DNA from: an uncultured Candidatus Saccharibacteria bacterium
Lineage (GTDB): Bacteria > Patescibacteriota > Minisyncoccia > UBA6257 > UBA11618
NCBI GenBank assembly: GCA_964362125.1
Contig: CAYICS010000001.1
Coordinates: forward strand, 18,052 to 82,051
Direction of reading: 5' to 3'
Length of the DNA: 64,000 nt
Below are positions 46,423 to 55,528 of the stretch, in pieces. The notes below the pieces were generated by a model. That model was not told the DNA's origin. It worked only from the letters and a program-made list of their open reading frames with translations, and searched no databases. Position numbers and translations under genes: made by a program. How positions within the stretch are numbered: the stretch's first letter is position 1; each line of letters begins with the position of its first letter.

Positions 46423-47205
46423 ATGGGTCGCTTCATCCTGATAATTGTTTTGAGTCTGGTTTCTACTTTAGTTTTTACTTTCCGGGTGTTGGGGCAGGAA
46501 AGCGGCCCCAAGCGAACGCCGCCCCATCCAGATTATTTTTTTGAAAAGCTCGAGAAGATATTAGGTATCGCTTTCGAGAGGGGCCAAGTCTCCTACTTTT
46601 TTTATATCGATGATGAGGGCACAATTACCCATATTGAATATAATGATCTAGATTCGGAAATGAGATTTATAATGCCTTTGGAAACTTTTATAGAACGCCG
46701 CTTGTCAACTGAAGAAGATCGGGCAAGCTTCAGGCGGCTGCTTGGTCAATACCGGGACGCTGTTCGCTACCAGAATTTAGTTGAGGCTTATAATCAAGGG
46801 GGACAGCTGTTAAGGAATTTGCAAGGCAGATTAAAAAATATGAGGAAAATGATTATAAGAATTATCGGAATAGAAAATACAGAAAATCTTCAAGAATTAT
46901 TTGATTCGGCCAAGGTAGGTAATAAGGCTTTTGAGAAGTACTTGTCTAAACTGCTGAATCCTCGTACCGATGAGCCGTTGGCAGAGGAGGATAAACAGAG
47001 ACTGCGTGATTATTTTCGGATTTTAGAATTGGGAAATCAAATAGAGGCATCAAGACAGAAGCTCCTACCAAGAATTGACTGGTTAAGAGCAAGAATTCTG
47101 GGATTGCCGCCTCCGCCACCATCCAGAAATCAACCAGCTATTCCTCGACGTCGGCCGCCGAATCTGCCCGGTGGCGGTGGTGGTGGTATACCGAGATTAA
47201 GGTGA
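46423..47205 (+). CDS. putative secreted helical protein
   Basis: Signal peptide; C-terminal LPGGGGGGIPRLR like 3294..3980. Confidence 0.75.
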   Translation: MGRFILIIVLSLVSTLVFTFRVLGQESGPKRTPPHPDYFFEKLEKILGIAFERGQVSYFFYIDDEGTITHIEYNDLDSEMRFIMPLETFIERRLSTEEDRASFRRLLGQYRDAVRYQNLVEAYNQGGQLLRNLQGRLKNMRKMIIRIIGIENTENLQELFDSAKVGNKAFEKYLSKLLNPRTDEPLAEEDKQRLRDYFRILELGNQIEASRQKLLPRIDWLRARILGLPPPPPSRNQPAIPRRRPPNLPGGGGGGIPRLR

Positions 47206-48299
47206 TTAAATTACTAGTCTGGATTGGCTTAGCAATTGTTATCGGATTATATATCAGGCCTAAGTGGATTTATGGTTTTTTGGCGATTGGGGGAGTGATT
47301 GAGGCGTTAATTGGTTTTGGCCAATTTCTTCAGCAGAAAAGTTTGGGCTTGCAATTTTTCGGCGAGCCGGTTTTAAGTCCGCTTAATCCAGATGTGGCGC
47401 GGATTTTTATTGACACCGGCGGCTGGCTTGCCAGCCGCGGCCTTGGCGAAGGCTGGGGGAGATTACTGCGCGCCTACGGCACCTTTCCTCACCCTAATAT
47501 CTTGGCGGCATTTCTTGTTCTCGCTATAATTTCTTTTAACTATCTATCTACTAAACTTATTCGACGATCGTCGAATAAGTTTAGTAGCGGTGGATTATTT
47601 TTTGGGACAGCAGGGATTTTTATTTTATGGCTTGGCCTGATTCTCACTTTTTCCCGCGCCGGCTGGCTGGCGGCTTTGATTATCACTTTGTTTTACCTGA
47701 TTGACCGCTGTCCGACAGTGGTCAGATGGCGGCTGGCTGCCATAGTTATTATCACAGTCATTGGTCTTGTTGTTATTTTCCATTGGGCTGTTTTGCCGCG
47801 GCTGGCTTTTACCGACAGTTTTGTTATTCAGGAAAGAATTAGTGATTACCAGCGCGCTTGGCAATTAATTAAAGAAAAGCCGTTCTTTGGTCATGGTTTG
47901 ACTTTGGCAATGGCAGAGAGGCCGATTCATAATTTGTATCTGACTATTGCTGTTGAAATTGGTCTTTTCGGTCTGGCGGTGTTTTTGGTTTTTGTGATTT
48001 TTACATTAATTGAAAATTGGAAATTGCCTGCCCGCCATCGGTCTGAGCCTCAGGCACTGGCAGGCGGGAAAATTGGAAATTCCCCAGCAGCAATAATGCT
48101 CGTGGCATTATTGCTGCTGGGTCTGTTTGATCATTTTCTCTGGACTTTGCGGCCGGGCTTGGCTATGCTGTGGTTGGTAATTGGATTGCTATGGCAGTCT
48201 GATCGCTCTCGTAGTTCAATGGATAGAATATCTCCCTCCGAAGGAGGTGATGCAGGTTCGATTCCTGCCGAGAGCACAAACAAAAATACGGATGTCTGA
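47202..48299 (+). CDS. O-antigen ligase family membrane protein
   Basis: RAYGTFPHPN, TFSRAGW, PIHNLYL..E.GLFG, FDHF; ORF runs through tRNA-Arg. Confidence 0.85.
   Translation: MIKLLVWIGLAIVIGLYIRPKWIYGFLAIGGVIEALIGFGQFLQQKSLGLQFFGEPVLSPLNPDVARIFIDTGGWLASRGLGEGWGRLLRAYGTFPHPNILAAFLVLAIISFNYLSTKLIRRSSNKFSSGGLFFGTAGIFILWLGLILTFSRAGWLAALIITLFYLIDRCPTVVRWRLAAIVIITVIGLVVIFHWAVLPRLAFTDSFVIQERISDYQRAWQLIKEKPFFGHGLTLAMAERPIHNLYLTIAVEIGLFGLAVFLVFVIFTLIENWKLPARHRSEPQALAGGKIGNSPAAIMLVALLLLGLFDHFLWTLRPGLAMLWLVIGLLWQSDRSRSSMDRISPSEGGDAGSIPAESTNKNTDV
47427..47456 (+). repeat. 30-bp hairpin element, in frame
   Basis: 27/30 identical to the uvrD unit 3222-3251. Confidence 0.9.
47548..47587. repeat. ACGATCGT-centred perfect 40-bp palindrome, copy 3
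   Basis: CTACTAAACTTATTCGACGATCGTCGAATAAGTTTAGTAG. Confidence 0.95.
48027..48068 (+). repeat. 42-bp hairpin element, in frame
   Basis: 39/42 identical to 14695-14736. Confidence 0.95.
48205..48276 (+). tRNA. tRNA-Arg(CCG)
   Basis: Acceptor GCTCTCG/CGAGAGC, D-loop TGGATA, anticodon loop CTCCGAA, GGTTCGATTCC; CCA not encoded. Confidence 0.95.
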
Positions 48300-48473
48300 C
48301 ATCCGTATTTTTGTTTGTCTAGGAATCGAACGGAAAGGGGTCGGGAAACGGGAGTTTCCCGTGTCGGAAGGCAGCGACCCCGACCGCAGTCGGGGGAGTG
48401 CTGGGAAACCGAGGGTTTCCAGATGGTGAGATAGCGAAGCCCCGCAGGGCGGGGCGAGCGTCCTGCCGAGAGC
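48276..48473 (+). repeat. tRNA-linked hairpin element ending in a copy of the tRNA 3' end
   Basis: 21-bp-arm hairpin, anti-T-loop AGGAATCGAAC, small hairpins, TCCTGCCGAGAGC duplicated at 48461. Confidence 0.75.
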
Positions 48474-48568
48474 GCATAATATAAAAAAGCTTGACTTCTG
48501 GCTTAAATTATGCTATACTTATATATAGCAGTAGTTTTGACAGGAAACTCTTTTTGGAGGCTCTGAAG

Positions 48569-48901
48569 ATGAGAAACGTTTTGGCGGTGCTGTTGCTTTT
48601 GGCCGGCAGTGTCGAAGCCCAAGAACGGCGGTTCCGGGATTGGGTCTTGACCAGCGAGGCGCCCCAGCAATTCCGGGTGCGGCGTCCCCAGAGACCGCCG
48701 CGGCTGTTGGGGATTATTCCTCATCGGGCGGAAAAGGGCTGGGGCGGTCTGGGCTGGCATGGCAGCTGGCACAGCTACAACCCTTTCTGGGATACCCGCA
48801 AGTCCTTTGACGGCTACGATGGTCAAGGAGGAAAATGGCGGGAAGTGGTCGAATTCAAAAATGGTTTTCCCCGCCGCAACTTCAGGCGCGTTGCCCGGTA
48901 G
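48569..48901 (+). CDS. small secreted Trp/Arg-rich protein (stand-alone cassette)
   Basis: TTGACT(48491)-17-TATACT, SD GGAGG, signal peptide, terminator ~48908-48958. Confidence 0.7.
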   Translation: MRNVLAVLLLLAGSVEAQERRFRDWVLTSEAPQQFRVRRPQRPPRLLGIIPHRAEKGWGGLGWHGSWHSYNPFWDTRKSFDGYDGQGGKWREVVEFKNGFPRRNFRRVAR

Positions 48902-48988
48902 CAGGTGAGGCGTCCCCTCTCCAACCAAGGTCGGAGAAGGGAGCGCCTCTTTTTTTTCTCCGCCGATTCTTTTATATTAAAGCTCATC

Positions 48989-50110
48989 ATGCGTTATCTC
49001 CTAGGCCTGATTGTTTTAGCAGTAATTGCCGCTGGCGCTTACTATCTTTTAACTTTCTCCCCCGCTCTTGAAGCCCCTCCAGAAACTAAAGCGTCATCGC
49101 GTCTGGGCTTTGTCGGCCCGCTTAGCGGCGAGTCAATGCCTTTTGGTCTGCCAATAAAAAATGCTGTCTCTTTGGCAGTTAATGATTTAAAAACTCAAGG
49201 CCGGGACATTGAGGTTTTTTATGAAGATGGTCAGTGCTCTGGCGAAGCGGCTATCCAAGCCATCAATAAATTGATCTCTACTTATCAAGTTAATCTGGTA
49301 ATCGGCGGTGTCTGCAGTGGTGAGACAACCGCTATGGCGCCGCTGGCCGAACAAAACAGATTGATTCTATTTTCTCCTTCAGCTTCCAGCGCCAACATAT
49401 CCCATCTGGGTGATTTTGTTTTTCGCAATGTACCTTCGGATAGTCAGAGCGGCTTCACTATGGCCGAAATACTTGGCCCTCAATACAAAAAAGTCGCCGT
49501 CTTTTCCGATAACAGTGAAGAATCTTTAGTTTTTCGGGGTATTTTTAAAGATCGTTTTACGGAATTGGGCGGGGAGTTGACTATTGATAATGTAATTCCG
49601 CCAGACACTAAAGAAAAAGATTTAAAGAAGTCGATTAAGACCAAGTTCAAAGAAGCCACTACCACCGAAGCCATTATTATTAATCAACATACCGAGCGGC
49701 TGGCGGGATTTTTGGCAAAAGAGATTAGGGCGCAGAAAATTAAGTTGCCGATTTATGGTACACCTATTTTCGCCAGCCCCAAGTTTTTGGAGGCAGTCGG
49801 CAATGCCACCAGTTCCATCGCTTATCTGGCTCTGCCTGAATTAGACCAAGGCAACTTACGCGTTCAAGCTTTTCTTCAGGACTATCAGCGCTTCTACGGC
49901 CCGCCCTTTCAGGAATTTTATATGGCGGCTGCTTATGATGCAGTCAATCTCTTGGTTCAGGCAGTGGCCGTGGCAGGCAATGACAGTTTGAAAATCCGCG
50001 ATTATCTTTATAACCTAGCCCAATATGATGGTCTAATTGGTAAATACTCCTTTGATCTTAATGGCGATGTTGTCGGCATCAAGTTTGTTTTAAAAGAATT
50101 AGGGCAATGA
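48989..50110 (+). CDS. LivJ-like ABC transporter substrate-binding protein
   Basis: GPLSGE, EDGQC, IGGVCS, VFRNVPSD, AYDAV, FDLNGD. Confidence 0.9.
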   Translation: MRYLLGLIVLAVIAAGAYYLLTFSPALEAPPETKASSRLGFVGPLSGESMPFGLPIKNAVSLAVNDLKTQGRDIEVFYEDGQCSGEAAIQAINKLISTYQVNLVIGGVCSGETTAMAPLAEQNRLILFSPSASSANISHLGDFVFRNVPSDSQSGFTMAEILGPQYKKVAVFSDNSEESLVFRGIFKDRFTELGGELTIDNVIPPDTKEKDLKKSIKTKFKEATTTEAIIINQHTERLAGFLAKEIRAQKIKLPIYGTPIFASPKFLEAVGNATSSIAYLALPELDQGNLRVQAFLQDYQRFYGPPFQEFYMAAAYDAVNLLVQAVAVAGNDSLKIRDYLYNLAQYDGLIGKYSFDLNGDVVGIKFVLKELGQ

Positions 50111-50514
50111 CTTTTCGTTTTCTTATCTACCTTCTTATCGTGGCCTTCTTATTGAATTTTGCTTGGGAGTTTTTTCAGGCATCCTTGTTTAGCTTTGGTA
50201 CCCCTAAGAGTTTTTGGTGGTGCGCCCTGCGTGATGCCTTGATGGTGCTGGCGCTTTATTTGGCAGTGGCGGCGGTGGTGAAGAACTGGCGCTGGGGCCG
50301 CCGGTTGTCGCGGCCGCGGCTGATCTTGCTTTGGGTTTTAGGCGCGGTCTGGGCAATTGCTTTAGAGTATTTTTCTTTGGAGTCAGGCCGCTGGGCTTAC
50401 ACCAGCGCTATGCCGCTGATCCCGTTTTTGAAAGTGGGATTACTGCCAGTACTGCAGTTAATTATTTTGCCGATTGCGGCTATTTTATTAACCCGGAGAA
50501 ATTTAGTTGATTAA
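50107..50514 (+). CDS. membrane protein
   Basis: LNFAWE..Q, GRWAY...MP, GLLPVLQ. Confidence 0.75.
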   Translation: MTFRFLIYLLIVAFLLNFAWEFFQASLFSFGTPKSFWWCALRDALMVLALYLAVAAVVKNWRWGRRLSRPRLILLWVLGAVWAIALEYFSLESGRWAYTSAMPLIPFLKVGLLPVLQLIILPIAAILLTRRNLVD

Positions 50515-50516
50515 CT

Positions 50517-51794
50517 ATGAAATTCATCGCTGACCTGCAAATTCACTCCAAATATTCTCGGGCAGTGTCGCCGGAGATGATTTTGGAAGAATTAGACCGC
50601 TGGGCTGATGATAAGGGGATTTTGGTGATGGGCACCGGTGATTTCACTCATCCTGCCTGGTTCACCGAGTTAAAAGAAAAACTGGAGCCGGCTGAACCCG
50701 GACTTTTTAAGTTAAAGCCGCAGTATAAACGCAAGACCATCAAAGGCACTTTAGCCGAGACTCGTTTTATGCTGACAGCCGAGACCTCTCATATTTATAA
50801 AAGAGGCGGTAAGACACGAAGGGTGCATCAACTGATTTTCGCGCCTGACATCAAAACCGCGGAAAAATTAAATACGCAACTGGGCTGGATTGGCAATCTT
50901 AAGTCAGATGGCCGGCCGATTCTGGGGATGGATTCCGAGGAGTTGGTGAAGGTGGCGGTTGGTATTAATCCGGACATTACTATTATCCCTGCCCATATTT
51001 GGACACCCTGGTTCAGTGTTTTTGGTTCTATGTCCGGCTTTGACACCTTGGAGGAATGTTTTGGTGATCACGCCAAATATATTTTTGCTATTGAAACTGG
51101 TCTCTCCAGCGACCCACCAATGAATTGGCGACTTTCCAAATTAGATAATATCTCCATTGTTTCAAATTCCGATTCCCATTCCCTCCAAAAAATCGGCCGC
51201 GAAGCCAATGTTTTTGATTGCGAGCTGTCATACAAAAACATCATCGATGCTATTAAGAATCGCGATCTTAAAAAATTTTTATACACCATTGAATTTTTTC
51301 CGGAAGAAGGCAAGTATCACTATGACGGTCACCGGCTTTGTGGTATTTGTTTTTCTCCGGAAGAGTCAAAGCAAAATAGCAACAACTGTCCTAAGTGCGG
51401 CCGGCCATTGACTATCGGGGTTTTAAATCGGGTGGAGCAGCTGGCCGATCGGCCTGAAGGTTATCGCGACCCCAACCGCGTCCCCCACAAAAGTCTAATT
51501 CCTCTCGATGAAGTGATTGCCGAAGCTTTGGCTGTTGGGGTTAATACTAAAAGCGTCGAGAAAGAATATGAGAACTTGATTAAAGCCTTCACTTCGGAGT
51601 TTAATACTTTATTAGAGGCGCCGGTTAGTCAGATCGCCGCTGTCTGTGGCCGGGCAGAAATTGCCGAAGCCATTGATCGCCTCCGCCAGGGGCGGGTTAA
51701 GATTAAACCGGGTTTTGATGGTGAGTTTGGTAAAATAAAGATCTTCGATGAATCAGAAAGAAGAGCTATTCAATCACATCAGAGGCTTTTTTAA
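50517..51794 (+). CDS. endonuclease Q family (PHP) protein
   Basis: DLQIHSKYSRA, GTGDFTHP, PAHIWTPW, SNSDSHS, GKYHYDGHR, PGFDGEFG. Confidence 0.9.
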   Translation: MKFIADLQIHSKYSRAVSPEMILEELDRWADDKGILVMGTGDFTHPAWFTELKEKLEPAEPGLFKLKPQYKRKTIKGTLAETRFMLTAETSHIYKRGGKTRRVHQLIFAPDIKTAEKLNTQLGWIGNLKSDGRPILGMDSEELVKVAVGINPDITIIPAHIWTPWFSVFGSMSGFDTLEECFGDHAKYIFAIETGLSSDPPMNWRLSKLDNISIVSNSDSHSLQKIGREANVFDCELSYKNIIDAIKNRDLKKFLYTIEFFPEEGKYHYDGHRLCGICFSPEESKQNSNNCPKCGRPLTIGVLNRVEQLADRPEGYRDPNRVPHKSLIPLDEVIAEALAVGVNTKSVEKEYENLIKAFTSEFNTLLEAPVSQIAAVCGRAEIAEAIDRLRQGRVKIKPGFDGEFGKIKIFDESERRAIQSHQRLF

Positions 51795-51936
51795 AGATCT
51801 GGCTACTTACGCCGGCTATGGTCTTTTAATTGCCTTGGTGGTGGTCTGGATTTTTTCCGAAACACCTTGGATGCGGATTTTAGCTATCGCCGTACTCTTA
51901 TTTTTATTAGTACAATTTGTTAAGATAAAGAAGTAA
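51748..51936 (+). CDS. possible small two-TM protein
   Basis: Fills the gap; TAATG overlap with the next gene. Confidence 0.4.
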   Translation: MNQKEELFNHIRGFFKDLATYAGYGLLIALVVVWIFSETPWMRILAIAVLLFLLVQFVKIKK

Positions 51937-52661
51937 TGCGCTTCTTTAATTTTTTCGACTTTCGTTTCCGTCAGATTAAAATCAACCAGATTATTCGGCA
52001 TTTTATTTGGGCGGATTTGGCTTTGCTGGCCGGCTGGGGTTTGATTGAGCCGGTGTTTGCCATTTTTATTTTAGAAAGGATTGCCGGAGCGACGGTGGTG
52101 ACTATTGGTATTGCCGCCGCCATCTACTGGCTCACCAAGTCTGTACTCCAAGTGCCGATTGCGGTGATGCTGGATAAAACTGATGGTGAGAAAGATGAAT
52201 ATTGGGTGTTAACTACTGGTCTTTTGTTGGCTGGCTTAACTGCCTTTAGTTTTGCGTTAATTGACCAGATTTGGCAATTGTATTTAGTGAAGGTGCTGCA
52301 TGCCGCCGCCTTTGCCCTTTATATTCCTTCTTGGTACAGCATCTTTTCCAATCACTTGGATAAAGGCCATCGCTCTCTGGAATTTTCTTTAGACAGTACT
52401 GCCATCGGCATTGCTGCCGGCATCACTGGTTTTTTCGGCAGTATCTTAGTAAAATACTTTGGTTTTGCCACAATTTTCATTATTGCCGGTGTAATGTGCC
52501 TTCTTTCTGCGAGCATCATTTTTTTTAGTCCGGAGATGATTTACCCAAACGCTCATACCAGAGGTAGGGGCAAGCCAGGCGGCAGACGCCGAGTCAGATT
52601 AGGCAGGCGTGGTAATAGCGCCATTCTCGGCGACCACACCCCGAAGAATATTAATAAATAA
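51936..52661 (+). CDS. half-size MFS-like membrane protein
   Basis: Six TMs; PVFAIFI, LDKTDGEKD. Confidence 0.8.
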   Translation: MRFFNFFDFRFRQIKINQIIRHFIWADLALLAGWGLIEPVFAIFILERIAGATVVTIGIAAAIYWLTKSVLQVPIAVMLDKTDGEKDEYWVLTTGLLLAGLTAFSFALIDQIWQLYLVKVLHAAAFALYIPSWYSIFSNHLDKGHRSLEFSLDSTAIGIAAGITGFFGSILVKYFGFATIFIIAGVMCLLSASIIFFSPEMIYPNAHTRGRGKPGGRRRVRLGRRGNSAILGDHTPKNINK

Positions 52662-52680
52662 TATAAATAGATTGTTAATA

Positions 52681-54432
52681 ATGGATAACAGCGAGATTGC
52701 TAAAATTTTGAGAGAGATTGCGGGATATCTGGAGATGCAGGAGGAGTTGGTGTTTAAGGTTAAGGCTTACGATAAAGCCGCCCAGACGATTGGTAGCTTG
52801 AAGGAACCGGTGGTCGATATTTACAGCCGGGGCGGCGTTAAAGCTCTGACAGAAATTCCGGGCGTGGGGCAGGGTATTGCCGAAAGAATTGAAGAACTGC
52901 TGAAAACCGGAAAATTAAAATACTACCAACAATTAAAAAAGAAAGCGCCAGTAGATTTATCAGAGCTGTTGGCAGTGGAGGGACTGGGGCCGAAGAATAT
53001 CAAAAAACTTTATCAAAAGCTGGGCATTACCAATCTTAGAGAGTTGGAGAGAAAAGCGCGCAAGGGCCGAATTCGCCAGCTTGAGGGTTTTGGTATAAAA
53101 AGCGAGCAGAAAATTTTGCGAGCTATTGAATTTTTAGAAAAATCCAGCGGCCGGTTTTTACTGGGCAGCATTATCTCGATTATCCGAGATATCGAGGCCA
53201 GGTTGAAGAAGCTGAGATTTGTAAAAAAAGTGGTGGTAGCCGGTTCTTTTCGACGGCGCAAGGAAACAATTGGTGATATTGATTGGTTGGTAACAGCCGC
53301 CTCGGAAAAAGATACTGAGAGGATCTCGGAGTTTTTTGTTAAACTGCCAGAGGTGAAAGCAGTGATAGCTCAAGGGCCTACCAAATCGATGGTGCGTCTA
53401 AAAAACGGTTTGGGTATGGATTTGCGGGTGGTGCCGGAAGAATCTTACGGCGCCGCTCTCAATTATTTTACTGGCTCCAAAGACCATAATGTGGCGATGA
53501 GGCAGATAGCCATTGAAAAAGGGATGAAACTCAACGAGTATGGTTTATTCAGGGGCAAACGCCGGGTAGCGGGAAAAACCGAGGCAGAAATTTATGAAAA
53601 ACTGGGCTTGCGCTATATCGAGCCGGAACTGCGGGAGATGACTGGGGAGATAGAAGCCGCTCGTGAAAATAAATTGCCTAATTTAATCGGATTTAAAGAT
53701 TTAAAAGGCGACCTGCAGGTGCAGACTAATTGGACTGACGGCGCCCATTCGATTGAGGCAATGGCTCAGGCGGCTGTGGCCGCCGGATTAGAGTATATTG
53801 CCATCACTGACCACACCAAGCGGCTGGCTATGACCGGCGGGCTAAATGAGAAACAAGTACTGAAGCAGGGAGAAGAAATAGATAGGATAAATTCCCGCCT
53901 TCGCCAAGGATTCGGCGGGCAAGCAAAATTCCGGATCCTGAAGGGCTCTGAATGCGACATTCTCAAAGACGGCTCAATGGATTTGGAGGATGAGGCGCTG
54001 GCCAAGTTGGATGTGGTGGGTGGCTCGATCCATTCTTATTTTAATTTACCTAAAGCCGAGCAGACCAAACGGCTTATCAGGGCAATGCGTAATCCGCATG
54101 TGGATATTATTTTTCACCCTAACGGCCGGATCATTAACCAGCGGCCGGCTTATGAATTGGATTGGGATGAGATTATTAAAGTGGCTAAAGAAACGGGGAC
54201 GGTGATAGAGATCAATGCCTATCCTGACCGCTTGGATATCTGGGACGAATTGATCCGCAAATGCGTTACAGCTGGCGTGAAAATGGCCATTGATTCTGAT
54301 GGTCACTCTCAGCATCACTTTTCTGTGTTAGAATACGGCATTGCGCAGGCCAGAAGGGGTTGGGCGAGTAAGAACGATATTATCAACGTCTGGCCCGTGG
54401 AAAAGATGCTAAAAATGCTGAAAAATCGGTGA
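52681..54432 (+). CDS. polX: DNA polymerase X / PHP 3'-5' exonuclease
   Basis: GSFRRRKETIGDID, DLRVV, FTGSKDHN, ITDH, SDGH, QARRGW. Confidence 0.95.
   Translation: MDNSEIAKILREIAGYLEMQEELVFKVKAYDKAAQTIGSLKEPVVDIYSRGGVKALTEIPGVGQGIAERIEELLKTGKLKYYQQLKKKAPVDLSELLAVEGLGPKNIKKLYQKLGITNLRELERKARKGRIRQLEGFGIKSEQKILRAIEFLEKSSGRFLLGSIISIIRDIEARLKKLRFVKKVVVAGSFRRRKETIGDIDWLVTAASEKDTERISEFFVKLPEVKAVIAQGPTKSMVRLKNGLGMDLRVVPEESYGAALNYFTGSKDHNVAMRQIAIEKGMKLNEYGLFRGKRRVAGKTEAEIYEKLGLRYIEPELREMTGEIEAARENKLPNLIGFKDLKGDLQVQTNWTDGAHSIEAMAQAAVAAGLEYIAITDHTKRLAMTGGLNEKQVLKQGEEIDRINSRLRQGFGGQAKFRILKGSECDILKDGSMDLEDEALAKLDVVGGSIHSYFNLPKAEQTKRLIRAMRNPHVDIIFHPNGRIINQRPAYELDWDEIIKVAKETGTVIEINAYPDRLDIWDELIRKCVTAGVKMAIDSDGHSQHHFSVLEYGIAQARRGWASKNDIINVWPVEKMLKMLKNR
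53894..53923 (-). repeat. 30-bp hairpin element, in frame in polX (reverse orientation)
   Basis: Reverse complement CTTGCCCGCCGAATCCTTGGCGAAGGCGGG is 26/30 to the uvrD unit, with a compensatory stem change. Confidence 0.9.
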
Positions 54433-54489
54433 AGTGATGGGGACGCCCGTTGCTTTTTGCGATGATCAGGAATAAAATCAAATAGATTA

Positions 54490-54972
54490 ATGATGATTGA
54501 TACTCGGAGATCTGAAAGTTATACCAAAATCATCTCTGCCGGCATTATAGTTTTTCGGCGCACCCAAGAAGGGCCGCGGTTTTTGCTTTTGTATCGGGGT
54601 CGGGGGATTTGGGATTTTGCCCGGGGGCGGATGGAAGGTGGAGAGAGAAGTTGGCAGACCGCTTTCCGCGAAGTGCAGGAGGAAACCGGCCTGTTGCGGT
54701 CGCGGCTGAAAATGCTGCCCAACTTTAAGGTTTATGAAAAATTCCCTTACAAACGCGGCAAGCAGAATGTTTTTAAGATAGTAATTTTTTATTTAGCGGA
54801 AACCAGACAGATGGAAATTAAAGTTTCTTTTGAGCATCAGGGCTATGGCTGGTTTTCTTATAATGAAGCCCGCCGTTTGCTTTCCCGTTATCGCCAGCGT
54901 CAGGAAATTTTACACAAGGCCTTTGATTATATCAGACGAATATTCCCGGAGAGGCCAGAGAAGTTAGTATAG
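54490..54972 (+). CDS. NUDIX hydrolase (Ap4A hydrolase-like)
   Basis: SAGIIVF, GRMEGGE...AFREVQEETG, EH..YGW. Confidence 0.9.
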   Translation: MMIDTRRSESYTKIISAGIIVFRRTQEGPRFLLLYRGRGIWDFARGRMEGGERSWQTAFREVQEETGLLRSRLKMLPNFKVYEKFPYKRGKQNVFKIVIFYLAETRQMEIKVSFEHQGYGWFSYNEARRLLSRYRQRQEILHKAFDYIRRIFPERPEKLV

Positions 54973-55528
54973 AAATACTGACAAAATTGGAGGTGTAAGA
55001 GATGGCGGTGAAGTACCTATTTTTGATATGGGCCGCGCCTAAAACGCTGATGGCTAATTCATCAGGGATGATGGGGGCGGCAATCATTAAGCCGCCGATG
55101 ATGGCCAAAGAGTAGCGCATCATCCGCGAGCGGAAAACGTGGCGGAGGCGGTGCCAGATAGTTTGGTGCGCCAGCAGTTCCACCACGTCTTCCGAGAGAT
55201 GATTACTGACAAATCGGAAAATCATCAGGTCTCCCAAAACAGCGCCGGCCGCTCCCAAGGCCGCCACTAAAAAAATCGGGTTTGTTTTAGCCAGTTCCAG
55301 AAGGGCGATTAAGGCGGGAAAACCGGTGAAGATGGAAGTAAAAAACATTCCGGCGATAAAAGCCGTAATTAATCCGGCGTTGGGAAAGATAGCCAGTAGT
55401 TTTGAAATCAAGCCCTGCTGCCAGATGAAAATGCCGATGGCAATGCCAAAACCGGCAATGACCAAATCTTTTTTAAGATTAGGATGATGTGACTGTTTGG
55501 ACGATTTTTTTGAACGCTTGCGGCTCAT
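54932..55528 (-). CDS. membrane protein (VTT/DedA-like)
   Basis: AALGAAGAVLGDL, IIPDEL; multiple TMs. Confidence 0.75.
   Translation of the reverse strand: MSRKRSKKSSKQSHHPNLKKDLVIAGFGIAIGIFIWQQGLISKLLAIFPNAGLITAFIAGMFFTSIFTGFPALIALLELAKTNPIFLVAALGAAGAVLGDLMIFRFVSNHLSEDVVELLAHQTIWHRLRHVFRSRMMRYSLAIIGGLMIAAPIIPDELAISVLGAAHIKNRYFTAISYTSNFVSISILTSLASPGIFV

Noticed and set aside
48263-48473. Prophage or island attL/attR
   Set aside because: Only ~185 bp lie between the repeats and there is no integrase; kept as a small tRNA-linked element.
26704-54432. Dedicated DNA-repair island
   Set aside because: The repair genes are interspersed with unrelated housekeeping genes, as expected in a small genome.
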